A stretch of DNA of 59,440 bases, counting the filler, from Basidiobolus ranarum (Eukaryota): NCBI GenBank assembly GCA_040143965.1. It is 4 parts of 4 records of this genome, joined end to end, with 100 filler letters (N's around TTAATTAATTAA, not from the genome) between each part and the next. Parts side by side here need not be neighbours in the genome. Positions count along the whole stretch, not along the records: positions 1 to 14,836 come from JASJQH010000409.1; 3 more parts are not named here. One strand, written 5' to 3'. The notes below the pieces were generated by a model. That model saw only the letters and a program-made list of their open reading frames with translations, ran no database searches and was not told the DNA's origin. The position numbers and the translations under genes were made by a program. The stretch's first letter is position 1, and each line of letters opens with the position of its first letter. Shown piece after piece: positions 1-13,489 of the stretch.

Positions 1-352
1 CGGCATCATTCTTACCGCGTGGGCTATTGCTGGTGTCGGAGGTGGAGTGGTCTTCACTGCCGTGTTCCAATCACTCAAAGACACCCATGGCCCCAAGAGC
101 CCAATTCTCTACTCCACAAACGTGTATTGGATCTTGGCATTTGTGGTGGTTGGACTAATTCTGTGCTGCTTTGTACGTGTTACCATTCAAGATCGCCTGT
201 TCCCCGCTGTTCCAGGGCAAATCCTTCGTTTTCGGGCATTTGGCAAGATCGTGCGCCTTGTCAAAGGAGAAAATGGAATGAGATTCGAAAAATGCAGTAA
301 AGAACAGGAACATGCCGAATGGACACAATTCTTGAATCAACGCTCTTCTTAA
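1..352 (+). CDS. 3' end of an MFS transporter (oxalate/formate antiporter-like), 5'-truncated by window edge
   Basis: Frame is open from base 2: GIILTAWAIAGVGGGVVFTAVF...YWILAFVVVGLILCCFV, i.e. two TM helices with the G-x-x-LTAW-x-x-AG motif seen in OFA-family MFS proteins; TAA at 350-352. Confidence 0.65.
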   Translation, partial: GIILTAWAIAGVGGGVVFTAVFQSLKDTHGPKSPILYSTNVYWILAFVVVGLILCCFVRVTIQDRLFPAVPGQILRFRAFGKIVRLVKGENGMRFEKCSKEQEHAEWTQFLNQRSS

Positions 353-448
353 TAACCTTGGGTTAATTTGTATTTATCTCAGTTCTATTCAGCTTCACAT
401 TAATCCTATCTATTAACCACTTGAGGATCATTTTGACCTTATCCTTAT

Positions 449-590
449 TGCATCTAAAAATCATCTTTAACTCTCAACCAGGTTGTTAATAAAATTTTAA
501 TTACCGGATTCAAGTATATTTCTGCATCTAAAAATCATCTTTAACTCTCAACCAGGTTGTTAATAAAATTTTAATTACCGGATTCAAGTA
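449..590. repeat. Perfect 68-bp direct tandem duplication (period 74 bp)
   Basis: tgcatctaaaaatc...ggattcaagta at 449-516 and 523-590. Confidence 0.95.
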
Positions 591-714
591 AAATTATTTG
601 ATAAAGTGAATTCTTCTAGAAGGGGATGTATAGAAATACAGTAATTAATGTACAATTTGTAAATCAGGTAAAAAAGGGGTTTAAATGTCCTAGATTAGAC
701 ATCCACTGCCTAAA

Positions 715-3049
715 TCAACGTCTAAGTCTCATGAAAAATGCATTTTTACACAATCGGCTGCCCTCTGGTAGGTACTTGTCATAAAAATTCACGAAAAACT
801 GTTCAGGTTTGAATCCAAATTTCTGATATAGGATCTGTGGATGATGATGATGTGATGAGCTACAAGCTGTATGTCTATTAACGAGCTAAGATTCACTTAC
901 CATGGCTGGATTGTTTGCAAACACATGCAGCGTTACATCCTTACCTATACTGGTCTACAAATGGATAAACATGTTAATGCGTGAAGATCAAGAGTTGGGG
1001 ATGAAGGGGACTTACCTGAATCAAATGGTAAAGCATAAATCTAGCATTGTAATTGTAATATAGGTTATTAATGCATCAAACCGTGTTTATCTTAACACAC
1101 CACTTACTGGCCAATTCCGCTTCCTTCCCAGCCTTGGTCTACTGCGATGTAGGTGATGTACGCATCAGCAGTCATAAAAGCGCATCCTATCACCATTCTC
1201 TTGTAGAGTGCAACGATACTAAAATCGGGAAATAGAAGAGCCTCTGACACTGATAGAAAAGATTAGCATCGGTTCAGAATCCCAGTGTTACTTCGAATAC
1301 ACCTACTGTCAATTCCAGGCCAGAAACACCGACACAAGCAGTCGTTGACTTGTTGTAAATGTTGAGGTTGAAAATAACAATAATCAATAGGTGCCGATGG
1401 AGGTGGATTCCAAGTTGGGTCAAGTCTAGTAAAAGAAAATCATCAGTAATGCTTGTATAGGTCCAACTAAACATCCCAAAGATAACCTCACCGCTTAGAG
1501 TATCCAACAATATTCTCCAACAACTGTAGTTTCGGTGGTTTGGATTCATAATCCCTTCGAATATAAGGTCGAAGTTTACGACCAAAGTAAGGGCTAGTCC
1601 AAGTCTGGAACGATGTCAATGTGTTGGACAGGTCAGGGTGGCCATAAAGCCTTCGAGCGAACGAATGCCTATGTTGGGTACATGTATACTAAGCAAGGCG
1701 ATGAGTATAAAGGAATTGAGCCAAAGAAGCATTATCAAATTGTACCTTTTGAAGCTGCATGATCTTTTGATCCGTAATCATCCCCTCATCTTTATCTGAC
1801 TTTTCAGCCTGCCCTCCACGCTTTGGTCTCACCGTTTTCTTTACTCCCTCAACTCGTACTTGTGATCTTAGATAGTCGTTGATTGTCTTGTCGATATCAA
1901 AGATGGAAATGTCTAAGCCTCGTTTAAGCTAATAGAGAGTTTAGACGGTATCCTTGGAAGATGTAAGATATAATAAAAACATACTCGACGCAAATGTAGT
2001 TTTCGTTTTAGCCGCAAAGCTTTAGCAGTAAGGGGTTTTCTAGAGTGCTCGAGTTTTTGAAGCAATTCCCATTCCTCTTGTTCATCAAGGGTTTTTTTGG
2101 AACTAGTATCGATATTGATGCATTCTTTGAAGTTCTGAATTAAGATTCCGGTTAACCCGTGGTTCTGTTGTCAAGTTGCTAGGAGGTTCACTTACTTTAG
2201 CTCTATATATTACTGATGATGGAATTCCCGAGTCAAGGAATGTAGTTTCACCTAGTATGGTATCCTAAATATCGATATTTGTAAATATAAAAGCGAGGAA
2301 TGGATGATATCTTAGTATTCAGATTACATTTGGCTCAGATTTAGGTCGATGTTCTGGCGAAAGGGGTGTCGAAATAGGCAAGTTAGTTGAGACTGGTATA
2401 ACAGTTGAAGATCGTTCGGCTCTTTCACTTGCACCAAACATGTCCGATTTTTCAACAGTAACCTCTTCTTTAATCAAAGGGGTTATAGCGGAAGATGCTA
2501 AGCATTCACTCATGGAGGTATTGGTTTCCACGATCTCTATATTAGTAGGAGGTTCTTTTTCCAAACTGGTGGAGTTTTTACTTTCCAAATCAAGTGTGGA
2601 GTCTATTGTCGTAGATACAGTTTCTTTTTTGATGAGGAATTCTTCTTGTAAGATAGATCTATTGTTTGTATTTAATTCTTGTATTCTTATTTGAAGTTCC
2701 TTTGAAGCATCGTTGTCTAATAGATTATGTGGATCAAAAAGTAGATCATAGTCTTGTGGTGTATGTAGGTTGGATTCGGTCAGAAATTCAATGGCTTGTT
2801 GGAAGCTAGAATTAGACGTTACTCTCCGACGTTTCCTGAATCGGAAGTCAGCACTTTCAAAGTCAACCTAATACCATATGATATGTAAAGTGGATCAATT
2901 GACTAATAAATATTGGTTTGTTGATAAATACTTTCGATAATGACAAAAGTAGTTGAACTTACAACCGCGTCCTGAACACCTTCCTCCATTAACCTCAAAT
3001 CACTACTTCGTCGCGTACGAGTTCTTCGAGTGGTTTGTTCCCGATACAT
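715..3049 (-). CDS. KAT14: KAT14/CSRP2BP/ATAC2-like GNAT acetyltransferase (multi-exon, missed by the ORF track)
   Basis: Spliced translation SPYFGRKLRPYIRRDYESKPPKLQLL...PIDYCYFQPQHLQQVN...FWPGIDMSEALLFPDFSIVALYKRMVIG...FMLYHLIQTSIGKDVTLHVFANNPAMILYQKFGFKPE...FYDKYLP...CKNAFFMRLRR* closely follows the recalled KAT14 C-terminus; the ATG at 3049 (MYREQTTRR) is less certain. Confidence 0.88.
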
Positions 3050-3392
3050 ATTGAACAAATACAAGTATTTCTAAGATTTTCGTGGTAAATATATCAATGT
3101 TTTTGTTTCTAAAGGAATATGATATCTTGGTGATTTCTGAGATAATAAAAGTAGATTTTAATAACACGCTTAAAAAAAGGCTTCTTAATCATAAATCTAA
3201 AGTGGTTTGGGTAGTTTGGAGGCACGTGATTTAGGGTTATTATATAGCTAATTGGAATGAAATGGCTTGATATACTATGCTAATTAACATTCTACAAATG
3301 TTGAAGAAGAGAATTCGAATAATTGCTTAATCTCGAAAATCAAATCCACTATTTAAATCTAGACTTTATGTCGCAACAATTTCAAGCATACA

Positions 3393-6300
3393 CTATGATG
3401 CCTCCAAACGCTGCCTTTTACTGGCATACGACGAGGGTTGGCCATCCTCACCCTACGAATGGTTCAAAATAACTTGTAAGCAGGGAGTCATAGAGATACC
3501 AACTTGATGTATTACCTGTTCATCAGTATCCATTGTTGCCTCATCAGCTTCCATATCAAGGTGCTACATATTGATTTCAACGTTAGAAGAAGCGTACAAT
3601 GAGAAGATCCAAGCAAACATACCTTTTTGAGATCCTCGTCTGATTCTGATATGTCAGAGTCATGTATATTTTGTACTTGGATTCTAAAGTCGCGGGCGGT
3701 ACTACGTTTCAAGTATTGCATCAGGTTAACCTAGAAAATTTAGAACATGCTTTCAGGGTCAACATAAAATTCTAAACATCCGAAAAAAATCCATTCTGTT
3801 TACATTGGATTTCTGCGAGAGTTGGATTAAATATCTTTCAAACTGCTCCAATGAGAAAATAAGTGTCGGGATGAGTCTTGATTCTCGAGTAATTCTTGCC
3901 TATAACACAATTAAATTGGCCATGAGTATTAGTTCAACGCTCAAGTAATGAAAGATCATCATGCAACCTTTTGCTTCGTGTTTCTTTTGGCACCTTTCTT
4001 TTTTTTGTTACGATTCTCCTCGGCATTTTCAGCATCAGTTTGTTGAAGCCATGGTATAAGCATATATAAGTACCGAGACAAAGGCCCTCCAACAATCTCA
4101 ACCAAGTTAATAAACTCTTTCTCGATCATTCTACTGCCAACGATTTTCTAAAAACAGTATTGGGACTAGTCAAACTAGGTGCATGGAACGTAGATGACTA
4201 GAGTTGAACTTACGTATTTAGTTAATATAGTAAGGACTTTGTACACCTTATTGACGGCACGTAGAAGTTGTTCAGCGGGTGGCCCGATGATACATGCCTT
4301 TTCAAATTCAACAATGACCTCTAAATGGACAGCTAAATGTCTGGATATCTGTTTTTCTAGACCACTCAACTGTAGGGATAATTCATGCGACTCTGGGATG
4401 TGAACAATCCAGTTTAAGGTGAGCAAGTCGATTAGATATCAATTTCCGTAGAACGCTTTACCTTGTAACGAGCAATTGAGTCGTAAATGGGAAAGACACC
4501 ATTCCAATTCATCTAAAACTTGTTCAACGGATGAAAGAACAATAGTCGAAGTAGTATTCCAGGTTTTGGAGTTGATAATCGCAAAGTGTTGCTCTGATGT
4601 TTCCTCGACATCCTCTTCAGGAGGAACTATATCTCCAAGTGCAATATGAATATCCTCAGCAAATTGAAGTGCGTTCTTGAAATTGGATACATTCTTAGAT
4701 AACGATATCAGTAATGCCACAGTAGCTTTTGCAAAGCTAGTATCTTCGATTGCGTGCTCCATACATATCTTACTAAGCCAATCGATCATGGCTGTCATGT
4801 TGGTGGTGACGGAGTGGGATGAACATATTTTGACTAATATTGACACGCAGTTCATCAAGCTAGTGGCTTCTTTGTATAAAGGAATCCTCTCAGTTATCAA
4901 TGCATCAATATATTCCTGATCAGATATTAGTTAAATCTGTGGTCCAGATAGCTCTCTAAGCCCTCATAAGATAGAAGTTACCTTGCATGTGGTGAGATGG
5001 CCCTCAACTAAATCCTGCAATCTACTTTCAGACGGACCTACTTCTGCGACAAATCGTGATGAGGAAAGAAGAAAAGCTTCAACATGGTCAGGATAAAAGC
5101 TGACTGCTGCTTGAAGAATGGAGCAATAAGACTCGATGAAAATTGTCAAGAATGATTTCCCCTGTGTAACACGTTGGTTAGAATTCTAACATAAACAATG
5201 ATGCAGCAAAGATCCTACTCTTTCTCTTTTCCCAGAAGATTCCGAGCTTTCATCGTCATGATTTCCAGATATACCCTCAGCAATTTGCTCTAAAAATACT
5301 GGTGCAAGAAGTTTGATGTATTTTATAGTAAAGGAGTTATGTGAGGTAGAACTCGAGGATATCTAGAAGATTTTAGAAGTAAAATGGTTATTCTCTTATT
5401 GGAAAATTAAGATAATCAATGCATACCTTCGCTAACGTGCCGTGTAAATTATTGAGAACGTGTTTTAAAAAGTTTGTCTCATTTCTGAGTATTGTGACTG
5501 CTTGTTGATTGCTATCTTCATCTTTACTGAACATATGGATACACGCTTTTGTAAGGAAATCAAAGCTTAGAGTGGAGCTTTCTGATGCTTGCGCGACACT
5601 TTGTCGGCCTGAAAACAAAAATGAGTAAGATAAAGATTGTTTCAGGGGGGATTCGAGCAACATACATACCTCTAGTTGCGGTGGTTTTTGATTTAATCAT
5701 ATCAGAGAGACTATAGTACTTTTTGAAAAGCTCGATGATTGTAGTGGCGGACTCTATCGTATCTCCTTCGCTAAGGAAACAATACTCAATAACAGCCTGT
5801 CATTTGTAAAGGGTAAGCGTTTGAAATACTGAAAATAAAAGTAACGCAAAAACCTCGTAAACTCCTAACAATAATGTAGCAAAGATATTATTTCGTGTCC
5901 CAACGTTGGTAGTCAAGGAGTAGTCGGCTGATTTATCAAGTTCGAAGTCCTCCATATCAGCACGTGTTAATCGCTGAATAATCGAAATAAATGTGGATTT
6001 GGCGACAGAGTAATGAGCCGAGAAAGCTATAAATGTATAGAAACTAGTAAATACTATGCGCAACCTAGCCGTTGGTGTCCTTTTCCCACAAACCTTGGTC
6101 TAAATAATCCGCTGATTTCTCTACAAGTATTAAAGACCTCGCCAAACATTTAATTAACCAAGGGAGTGGTTCGATGACTCTTGGAAGACCTCCCGATGAA
6201 CCATTTTCGACACAACATTCCAATTTTACTGCAGTTGAGATATTTGTATCCAACTCGTAATATTTTTGAAACTACTCAAATTAAGATGTTAATACTGGGC

Positions 6301-9174
6301 AAGTAACATTAGCCATTTCTAGTACTGGTACCTGTGGATATAAGATCTCAAGAATAGGTGGAACTAAATCCATACGAGTGTTCATGATTTCTATTAGTGC
6401 TTCGTACAGCCTTAATCTAATCTCAGGTTGTTGACTAAAACATCTACGCAACATTCCTACACAGCACATATGTTACAACAGAAAAGAAGAAAGGAGTGTT
6501 CATCTCTTTACATACCCAAAATCTCGAGTCCCAGTGGGTCCGAATGTACGGTTTTAGAGTTGCTCGGCTTTACTGACTCCTCTGTCAGCAGTTCTATGAA
6601 ACCTGCTAATGCGATTTGTCGCCCTTCAGAATCTCTATTTCATATTAAGTAGGTATACGTAGAATGGATATTGAGGAATTGGAAATTTACCTAGAGAACA
6701 TCCCCTTTCTGAGCACAAGCATTAAACTATCTCGAAAAGAGGAATTCATCATAACAATGGGCTTTAATCCTTTCAAAAGATGCTCAGCAGCAGGGAAAGA
6801 TAGATAGGAAAGATAATCCAAAGCCTCCTTTATCTATTCAAAATAGCAGTAAAATGAGTTAACGATGTGCAGAAATGAGTCTCAATAGATATAATAAAAA
6901 CATACCCTCGATATATAGTTTGTTAAAGTCTGTGGACACTCCTTCACGATGATATCTAACAGATTTAGGAAGCTACCAACACTGTTTGCTTTGGCCACAA
7001 CTCGTGCAAGAATCTGATCAAGAATCTCAGTTCGGACCATGTCATGAAGCTGTAGAGAAGTTAATTAGCAAACATTCGAAAAGATTTCAATATCTACAAA
7101 CACAAAGCACTTTGAATAACTCCTTCAAGACTTCTATGGCCAAATCACAAGCGTGGTCATTAGGTGATAAATTCGTCACTTTTTTGACGTAAGGTCGGCC
7201 TATACATATGTATATAATCAATGAAATGCTTTGAAAAATTATCTTGGGGCATTTTCATAACGCTACCTGCTGTTTTAAACCCGAACGAAGAGGTCGAATC
7301 AATAATAATCATACACAACTGTACCAGACTTTGGGTTGCCTGATCCCATCCATAAGCCGTTTTAGCAACAATACTCTGAAATATTTTGAGTATAGGAACG
7401 TAGATAAAATCGGAATATTCTTGGGATCAAATTGGTTAGTAAACCATGACTTGACTAAGTATGAGAGACATAACCCACCTGACATCCACTGAATTTGCTC
7501 CAGTTTTTCAGCATCGCGAAACACAGTGAGAACAGTAGATTTGAGGAAATCAATGGTCTAGCACAACTAATGAGATTTGTATTGTACACGATAAATTTGG
7601 CTATTAAAAAGGATAACTAACCGCGTCCTCAAATCTGTGAATACGAGCGATAGAGAGTAGACAGGATATATTGAAGACAGTAAGGAATCTCGTTTTCCCG
7701 CTCTTGACAAATTTCAAAAATTCCGAACCAAGATCCTAATCAAAGCGATAATAATAAGTAATTGTCTGCTTGACTTCATCCCAACCTATGCATACCTGGT
7801 CTTGTTTGATCGCGAAACAAATGTGCAATATTACGGTCCCTTCCATATGGCTTAATTGTGCAAATGAAAGATTTCTGTCGTTCTCTACACTGCATCATCA
7901 CAACTAGTTTAAAAATTGGTCGAGTATTTGGACTAAACTAAATGGTGGATACCTTGTGTGTTTTCTATCCAACTGATTGAAATAGTAAGTTATTCCTTCG
8001 ATGATAAGACGTTTACAACCCTGTTGAAATCGATCAAGGAGTGTTATTGAGATTGGATCATAATGGATTGTGATTCTTTTATTGACTTTACCTTCTTGGA
8101 TAATACTAGCAATTGATAGACCAGAGGCGGGATCTCGTTAATGTCTACTGAATCGAATTGCCTATCTCTTATTGTAAGCATTTTGATACAATGTCAAAGT
8201 TAAAATGATAATGTATACCTTATGATCTTGTTCACCACAAATTCTGTCTGCTTGGGAGTCATAGTAATATCACGAAAGATCGATGCAATATGTATGACTA
8301 TATCTGCATTCCAACGATATGAACATATTCTATCCAGTAAAAAATCTTTAAAACTCTGGCCTGAAAGAACCGTAGTTTCTCCGGTATGTTCTTTGACAGT
8401 GACCTCTTCTTGGGGGGCAAGTAATTGAAGAAACTTGGGGATAAAATCAAAAACTTTTCCAGATATATTTCCCCCTTGTCGAAGATAGTCCATAATAATT
8501 GTTGTTCCATCAACTATAATATTGGATGAAAGTTCATCAGTCTGTATCAAGAAAAAATTAGTCAATAACTTCCCCACGTTGTAGAGTACTGAATTCAGTC
8601 AAACCTCGGGTATAAGAAAGTTTATCAGGTCTGTTATGAATCTCTCGGAACTACTGCTAGAATTCATTATTTCTTCTGAGCATAACCTGAAGAATAAATT
8701 ATGTTAGTCTTACTTTTGAGTATGTATGCATTGACAAGACTACGTACCATTGTAAGATCAAAAGAAGTATTTGACCCCGTCGAGTTAAACCACTCTCTTC
8801 TTCCACTGGAGATCCTACGTAATGGTTTTTGTGAGACAAGTTTTTAAACGTGATACATTCTCTTAGAAGTAGTTCAAATTGAATGTTGGTGACAGGTCTC
8901 ACACGTATTGTTGGAAAGAATATCTACCATGGAAAATAGCTCTAAGGAGTATCAATAGCTCAACGATGTCGTTTTCTTTGTCTAGTGAAGACAATTTTTT
9001 TCGGATAATTTCTAAAGGCTAATATTTACAATGTTCAAAATTAACTTGTGAACGTTAAATGTTTTTTCATATATGTCTATTTGAACTAACAGCTTCCTCA
9101 TCCTGTGTTTGTAAGAATTCTTTTAATTGTTCAAGATCGCCTTTCTGAGCGAATTCAATTATCTTGAACTCCAT
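3393..9174 (-). CDS. FANCI: Fanconi anemia group I protein homologue (many exons)
   Basis: C-terminal [45 protein letters not shown] matches the FANCI C-terminal signature; internal LRRCFSQQPEIRLRLYE; helical solenoid exons; ATG 9174 (MEFKIIEFAQKGD), TAG 3393. Confidence 0.9.
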
Positions 9175-9427
9175 GATAAGCTATCGATACTGGCAAGCGG
9201 TGTGTAAAAGAAATCAAGCTTATAAACAAATCTACTTGAGACATTAGCATTGGTGAATATTTAGCAGTCACAGATTTTTGATAAACACTGCCGCAGCAAC
9301 GATCATATTTTGTGTACAATTTAGATCAAGAACAAAACATTACAATGTAATCGAGGGCAGGGGACCCCAATGAAATAAAAAGAAACACCACAGTCACACC
9401 GCTTGTACACAATAAGTTGCTGTTAAC
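9175..9427. promoter_or_regulatory. Probable bidirectional promoter between FANCI and PC4/SUB1
   Basis: Divergent start codons only ~250 bp apart. Confidence 0.5.
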
Positions 9428-10027
9428 ATGTCCAAGAGAAAAGTACACACAGAAGAATCTGACGATCAGGATGCCGAATACAAGGTATTTTTATAGAAAA
9501 AATTGCATACACACACAATAACCGATATTCTTTTAGGAGGAACTTGATTTAGATTCTGGAGATGAAGAAGTGGCTAAGGTTTTATTGTTTTGTATTACGG
9601 CACCTTATACCAGTAGCTGACTATTATATTCTATTCTTTATAAGGGTGCCAACAAAAAGGCTAAAGTCCCCGCCGGGAATAGTAAAGTAAACGATGACGG
9701 AGAGCAGTATTTTGAAGTAAGTTGATTCAAACTATGAACGTTTCTGTTCAGCGTATTGACTTTTCTTAAATTGCATAGCTTTCCAGTAAAAAGCGAATGA
9801 GTGTTAGAAAATGGAAAAACATGGTTCTGGTTGATTTTCGCGAGTTCTATACCGACTCCAATGGTGTTGTTCGGCCTACGAAAAAAGGTATGACAATGTA
9901 GCCATGGGAGGATATTTTACACTTACATTGACCCATTTCGAATGTAGGCATTACTTTGTCTCTTGACCAATGGAAAAAACTCAAAGAGCTTGCCAATGAA
10001 GTTGACGATGCCATTGATCAATTGTAA
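9428..10027 (+). CDS. SUB1: Transcriptional coactivator PC4/Sub1 (5 exons, missed by the ORF track)
   Basis: Spliced MSKRKVHTEESDD...QYFELSSKKRMSVRKWKNMVLVDFREFYTDSNGVVRPTKKGITLSLDQWKKLKELANEVDDAIDQL* is a PC4 ssDNA-binding domain. Confidence 0.93.
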
Positions 10028-10516
10028 ATATCAATCGGTCAAATATCTAGAAATCGCGGTGTAGATTGCACAAGTTCATCAAATTTAGTAGCATATTTCT
10101 CTTCTGCATCAACCAAAATCCTTTTAGTAGCTACTCATCTTTTCGCTAGAGAATGCATATTGAATTCGACTGTCCAAATTGACTTAAATAAATGAGGTTA
10201 TGCTACACCATTGTGAGTTATAAGTTTACACATTGCTCTTGAGTAGAAAACGAGCCAACAAATCATTTACAGAGTGTTCACACATTCGCATTCACAAGTA
10301 ATCCAAATGTACAATCTATCCATCGAAGACTTATAAGCGATTTATACTTAAAGCATTAAGCAACATGACAGCCCTTTGGAAAAGTTTATCCAAAACATCT
10401 TGATACTAGACCAAGCTAATAGAATCAAATTAAAGTGAACTATATTACAATATACTTTCAGTGAAAAAATCCCAAAAACTAGAAGGAAATGAGTGACTTC
10501 GCCAAATAGATCGAAG

Positions 10517-11012
10517 TTAAATTATGCTAGAAATTTGGAAAGTTCGTTTCATTATAACGCCAATCTGTGTCTTCCAAATACTCTAAAGCTTTTTTTAGCG
10601 ACTGAGCTAAGAGTTTCTCTTGTTCTTCAAAGAAAACCACAAGAAAATGGTTAGAAAGAGAAAATAGAGATGAAACCAATGGATCCTTACCTTGCTGAAA
10701 ACTTTCAAGACCCTCTTTCCATATTAATTCTTGGTTGGCCAGATTTGGGACCTCTGCTGTTGAAGTAATAATATTTCCTTAGAACGGTTTATCACTGATG
10801 GGAAATGTACACTACTTCTATTTACCTGGAGAGAGAGAAGAACTTCTATTACTATCAATGGAGAATTCGGCTTGAGCCGAGTCATTACTCCGACCTACAA
10901 GTGGAGTATGAATTTCTGGTGAACTAATGCTAGCAATTGGTGTTCTAGCAAAAGAATCCTCTCTGTCATCACTTTCATTGCCAAAAAGTAGTCGACGTGG
11001 TCTAATTGACAT
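10517..11012 (-). CDS. Small protein with APC16-like motifs (putative anaphase-promoting complex subunit), 3 exons
   Basis: Spliced MSIRPRRLLFG...QEKLLAQSLKKALEYLEDTDWRYNERTFQISSII*; two GT-AG introns keep the frame; resembles APC16 PPRKALF and LEADEWRF. Confidence 0.55.
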
Positions 11013-11312
11013 TTCGATAGTATCGCTCGACAAGCCTAACCTCTGGATATATCAATCGAAAAAAACGAATATCGGACCATTACGCTGCTCATCAATACTT
11101 GGTTTATATACAGATTGATCATTGTAGTCACTAATACCTAAATAAGGCAATAAAAAACAAATCGAACTGGAAACTAGTTATAATTGGTTGTGAATTCGTT
11201 CTAGTAACTTGTGTAATGATGATAGGTTTTATTATATTTATGTATAATTGAAATAATGTAGTTTGATAGATTTTATTGTTTCTACTTGGATGAATGGAAT
11301 AACGTTGGTATT

Positions 11313-12746
11313 CTATTGGTCTTTGGTCTTTCCTCGCCATTTCTTCAGAGCTACATTTGAGCCGGTGACCTATAAAAACTCATTAGATTTGAACGATTAA
11401 GCTTGCAATGTTTGCTTTACCTGATGAGCCAAATTCTTCACCCAGTTGGGGGTCATCCTTAGAAGTGGTGTGAAGTTGACATAGAAAGGAATCTTCATTT
11501 CGTTTCCAACATTTGATTCTAGAATAGTTTCAATTTCCTGTACAACTTCAGCCGGTTCCAAGGTAGTTAAAAAGAATTTGAATGGATGGGTCACTCCAGC
11601 AAACATTCCAGTATTGATCAGTCCAGGGATCAGAATTGAACAATGAACATTATCTACTTCGGGATACCTAGTTGAGATGTTAGATATTTGTACGGACATT
11701 TGTTTGTTCACAGAGATTACCTGCAAGCTAATTCCTCACGGAGCGAATCGTGTAATGCAATGATACCAGCTTTAGAGGCTGCATAATCAGCTAATGAGAG
11801 TTATAGATGTTAGTAATACTATGTCAGCCTACGTATTTCATATGTAGTTGAGTATACCGGCTTGAGCTGCACCAACAAGTCCTAGGGCGGATGACATTGA
11901 TACCTACCAAAAGGTCAAGTTAGTGAAGGAATGGGAGAAACTGTATTCAAATATTGCCTACTATATGACCATGGTTATTTTTAATCATCGAAGGAAGAAA
12001 TTCCTTGATAGTCCAGAATTGCGAGGCCAAGTTGACATTGAGAGTTCTGTTCAGATGAGTATTTTTGTTTTCCATAAACCATCGTAAAAAGAATTTCTCA
12101 CCTTTCTATATCTTCGATGCGTGCATCTAACAAAGTGTTAGGGATAATGATGCCAGCGTTGTTGATGAGGATCGTTGGAGCGCCTACCTATTTTGAATTC
12201 AATAAAGTAATAAACTTTTAATTTATGTATCGAGTGAGTTTTCATCCTTAACAAAGAACTTACTTCATTTCTAATTTTCTCAGCAATAGCAATGACTTGC
12301 TTACTGTCGGCAACATCACATTGGTAAGCATGTATATCTATTTGGTGGAGGATAAATTTTAGCCTAGTTGATAAATGCACTCGCAATTAAATGAACACTT
12401 AACACTGACTGTATTCAGACTTCATTTCTTTAATATCCAAAACGATAGTTTTGATGTTTCTAACGGCCAAGGTTTCAGCTAACATAAAACCCACTCCACT
12501 AGCGCCTCCAGTAATTAATACTACCTCATCTTGCCAGTCAAACTTCTTTTTACTTTTTGGATGAAGTAAATGGTAGCCAAGAGCCGAAAATATCACTATC
12601 AGTCCATACGCGTATCCTATACCACCCCATCCGCTGATTGGAACACCGGTGCTTAAAAGGTACCATAATAAACAAATACCAAATCCGTAGTAAAATAGAC
12701 TTACACGCAATATGCGTAACAAATAATCCAAGTTGAAGTTGGCCAT
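11313..12746 (-). CDS. Membrane-anchored short-chain dehydrogenase/reductase (SDR16C/Tda5-like)
   Basis: N-terminal TM helices, VLITGGASGVG Rossmann motif, NNAG, catalytic YAASK; last exon VTGSNVALKKWRGKTKDQ*. Confidence 0.9.
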
Positions 12747-13489
12747 TGCAAGTTGCGAAGAATTGACTCGTACAAGATATAGGGCAAGATGAACTATCCG
12801 TCATTCATATGATTTTCTCAACTAATTAGTAGATATTATTGGATTCCATATTGGGAAAAAATTAGGCATTCATAAATGAGCAATTTATTATATGGTGAGA
12901 AGTATGGCATTATCATAGAAAGCACGTCTAAAATTCTCCGTGTAGTGAGTGCAAGCTTGATTACCGTTTTTGAAACGATTAGCGTGTGCTTTGGGCGTAG
13001 ATGACAGTTTGTAGCATTATATCTTTATTCATATTCTGGGGGTTTTTACTCAGTATGTCAATACTCTCCAATTAGAGATATCCAAGCCATCTATCACCTG
13101 CTTTAGGGGCCAGAACTCTATAGTAAAGGGATTCAACAACCCTTAATGAAGGCAGATAACGAGACAGTTAATCTTAACGTACGAATCAACCAGAAATTAA
13201 ATTTGTAGGTACTAAGGGTGCGCTAAGGGTGCACTAATGTTATCGATCAACAAAATAATATTTCTCGGGGAGTTTTATTAACAAGTTGTTTACTCCAAGG
13301 GCCTATCTTGTGGACGGAAATAAATGACTTTGAAACCTAATGGAGATTGAATCAACCCATTTCATTGTATCTAGCCAAATGAACATATAACTAAGTGCAT
13401 CCAACCCTCTCTATTCTCTATCCCGTCATTCAGCCTAAATACTTCCAGCGCTTGTCTTTAAAGCCTACTGACATTGAACTTTTTAAGGA

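Noticed and set aside
1274-1585. 103-aa ORF-track protein
   Set aside because: Wrong frame; the region consists of KAT14 exons and introns
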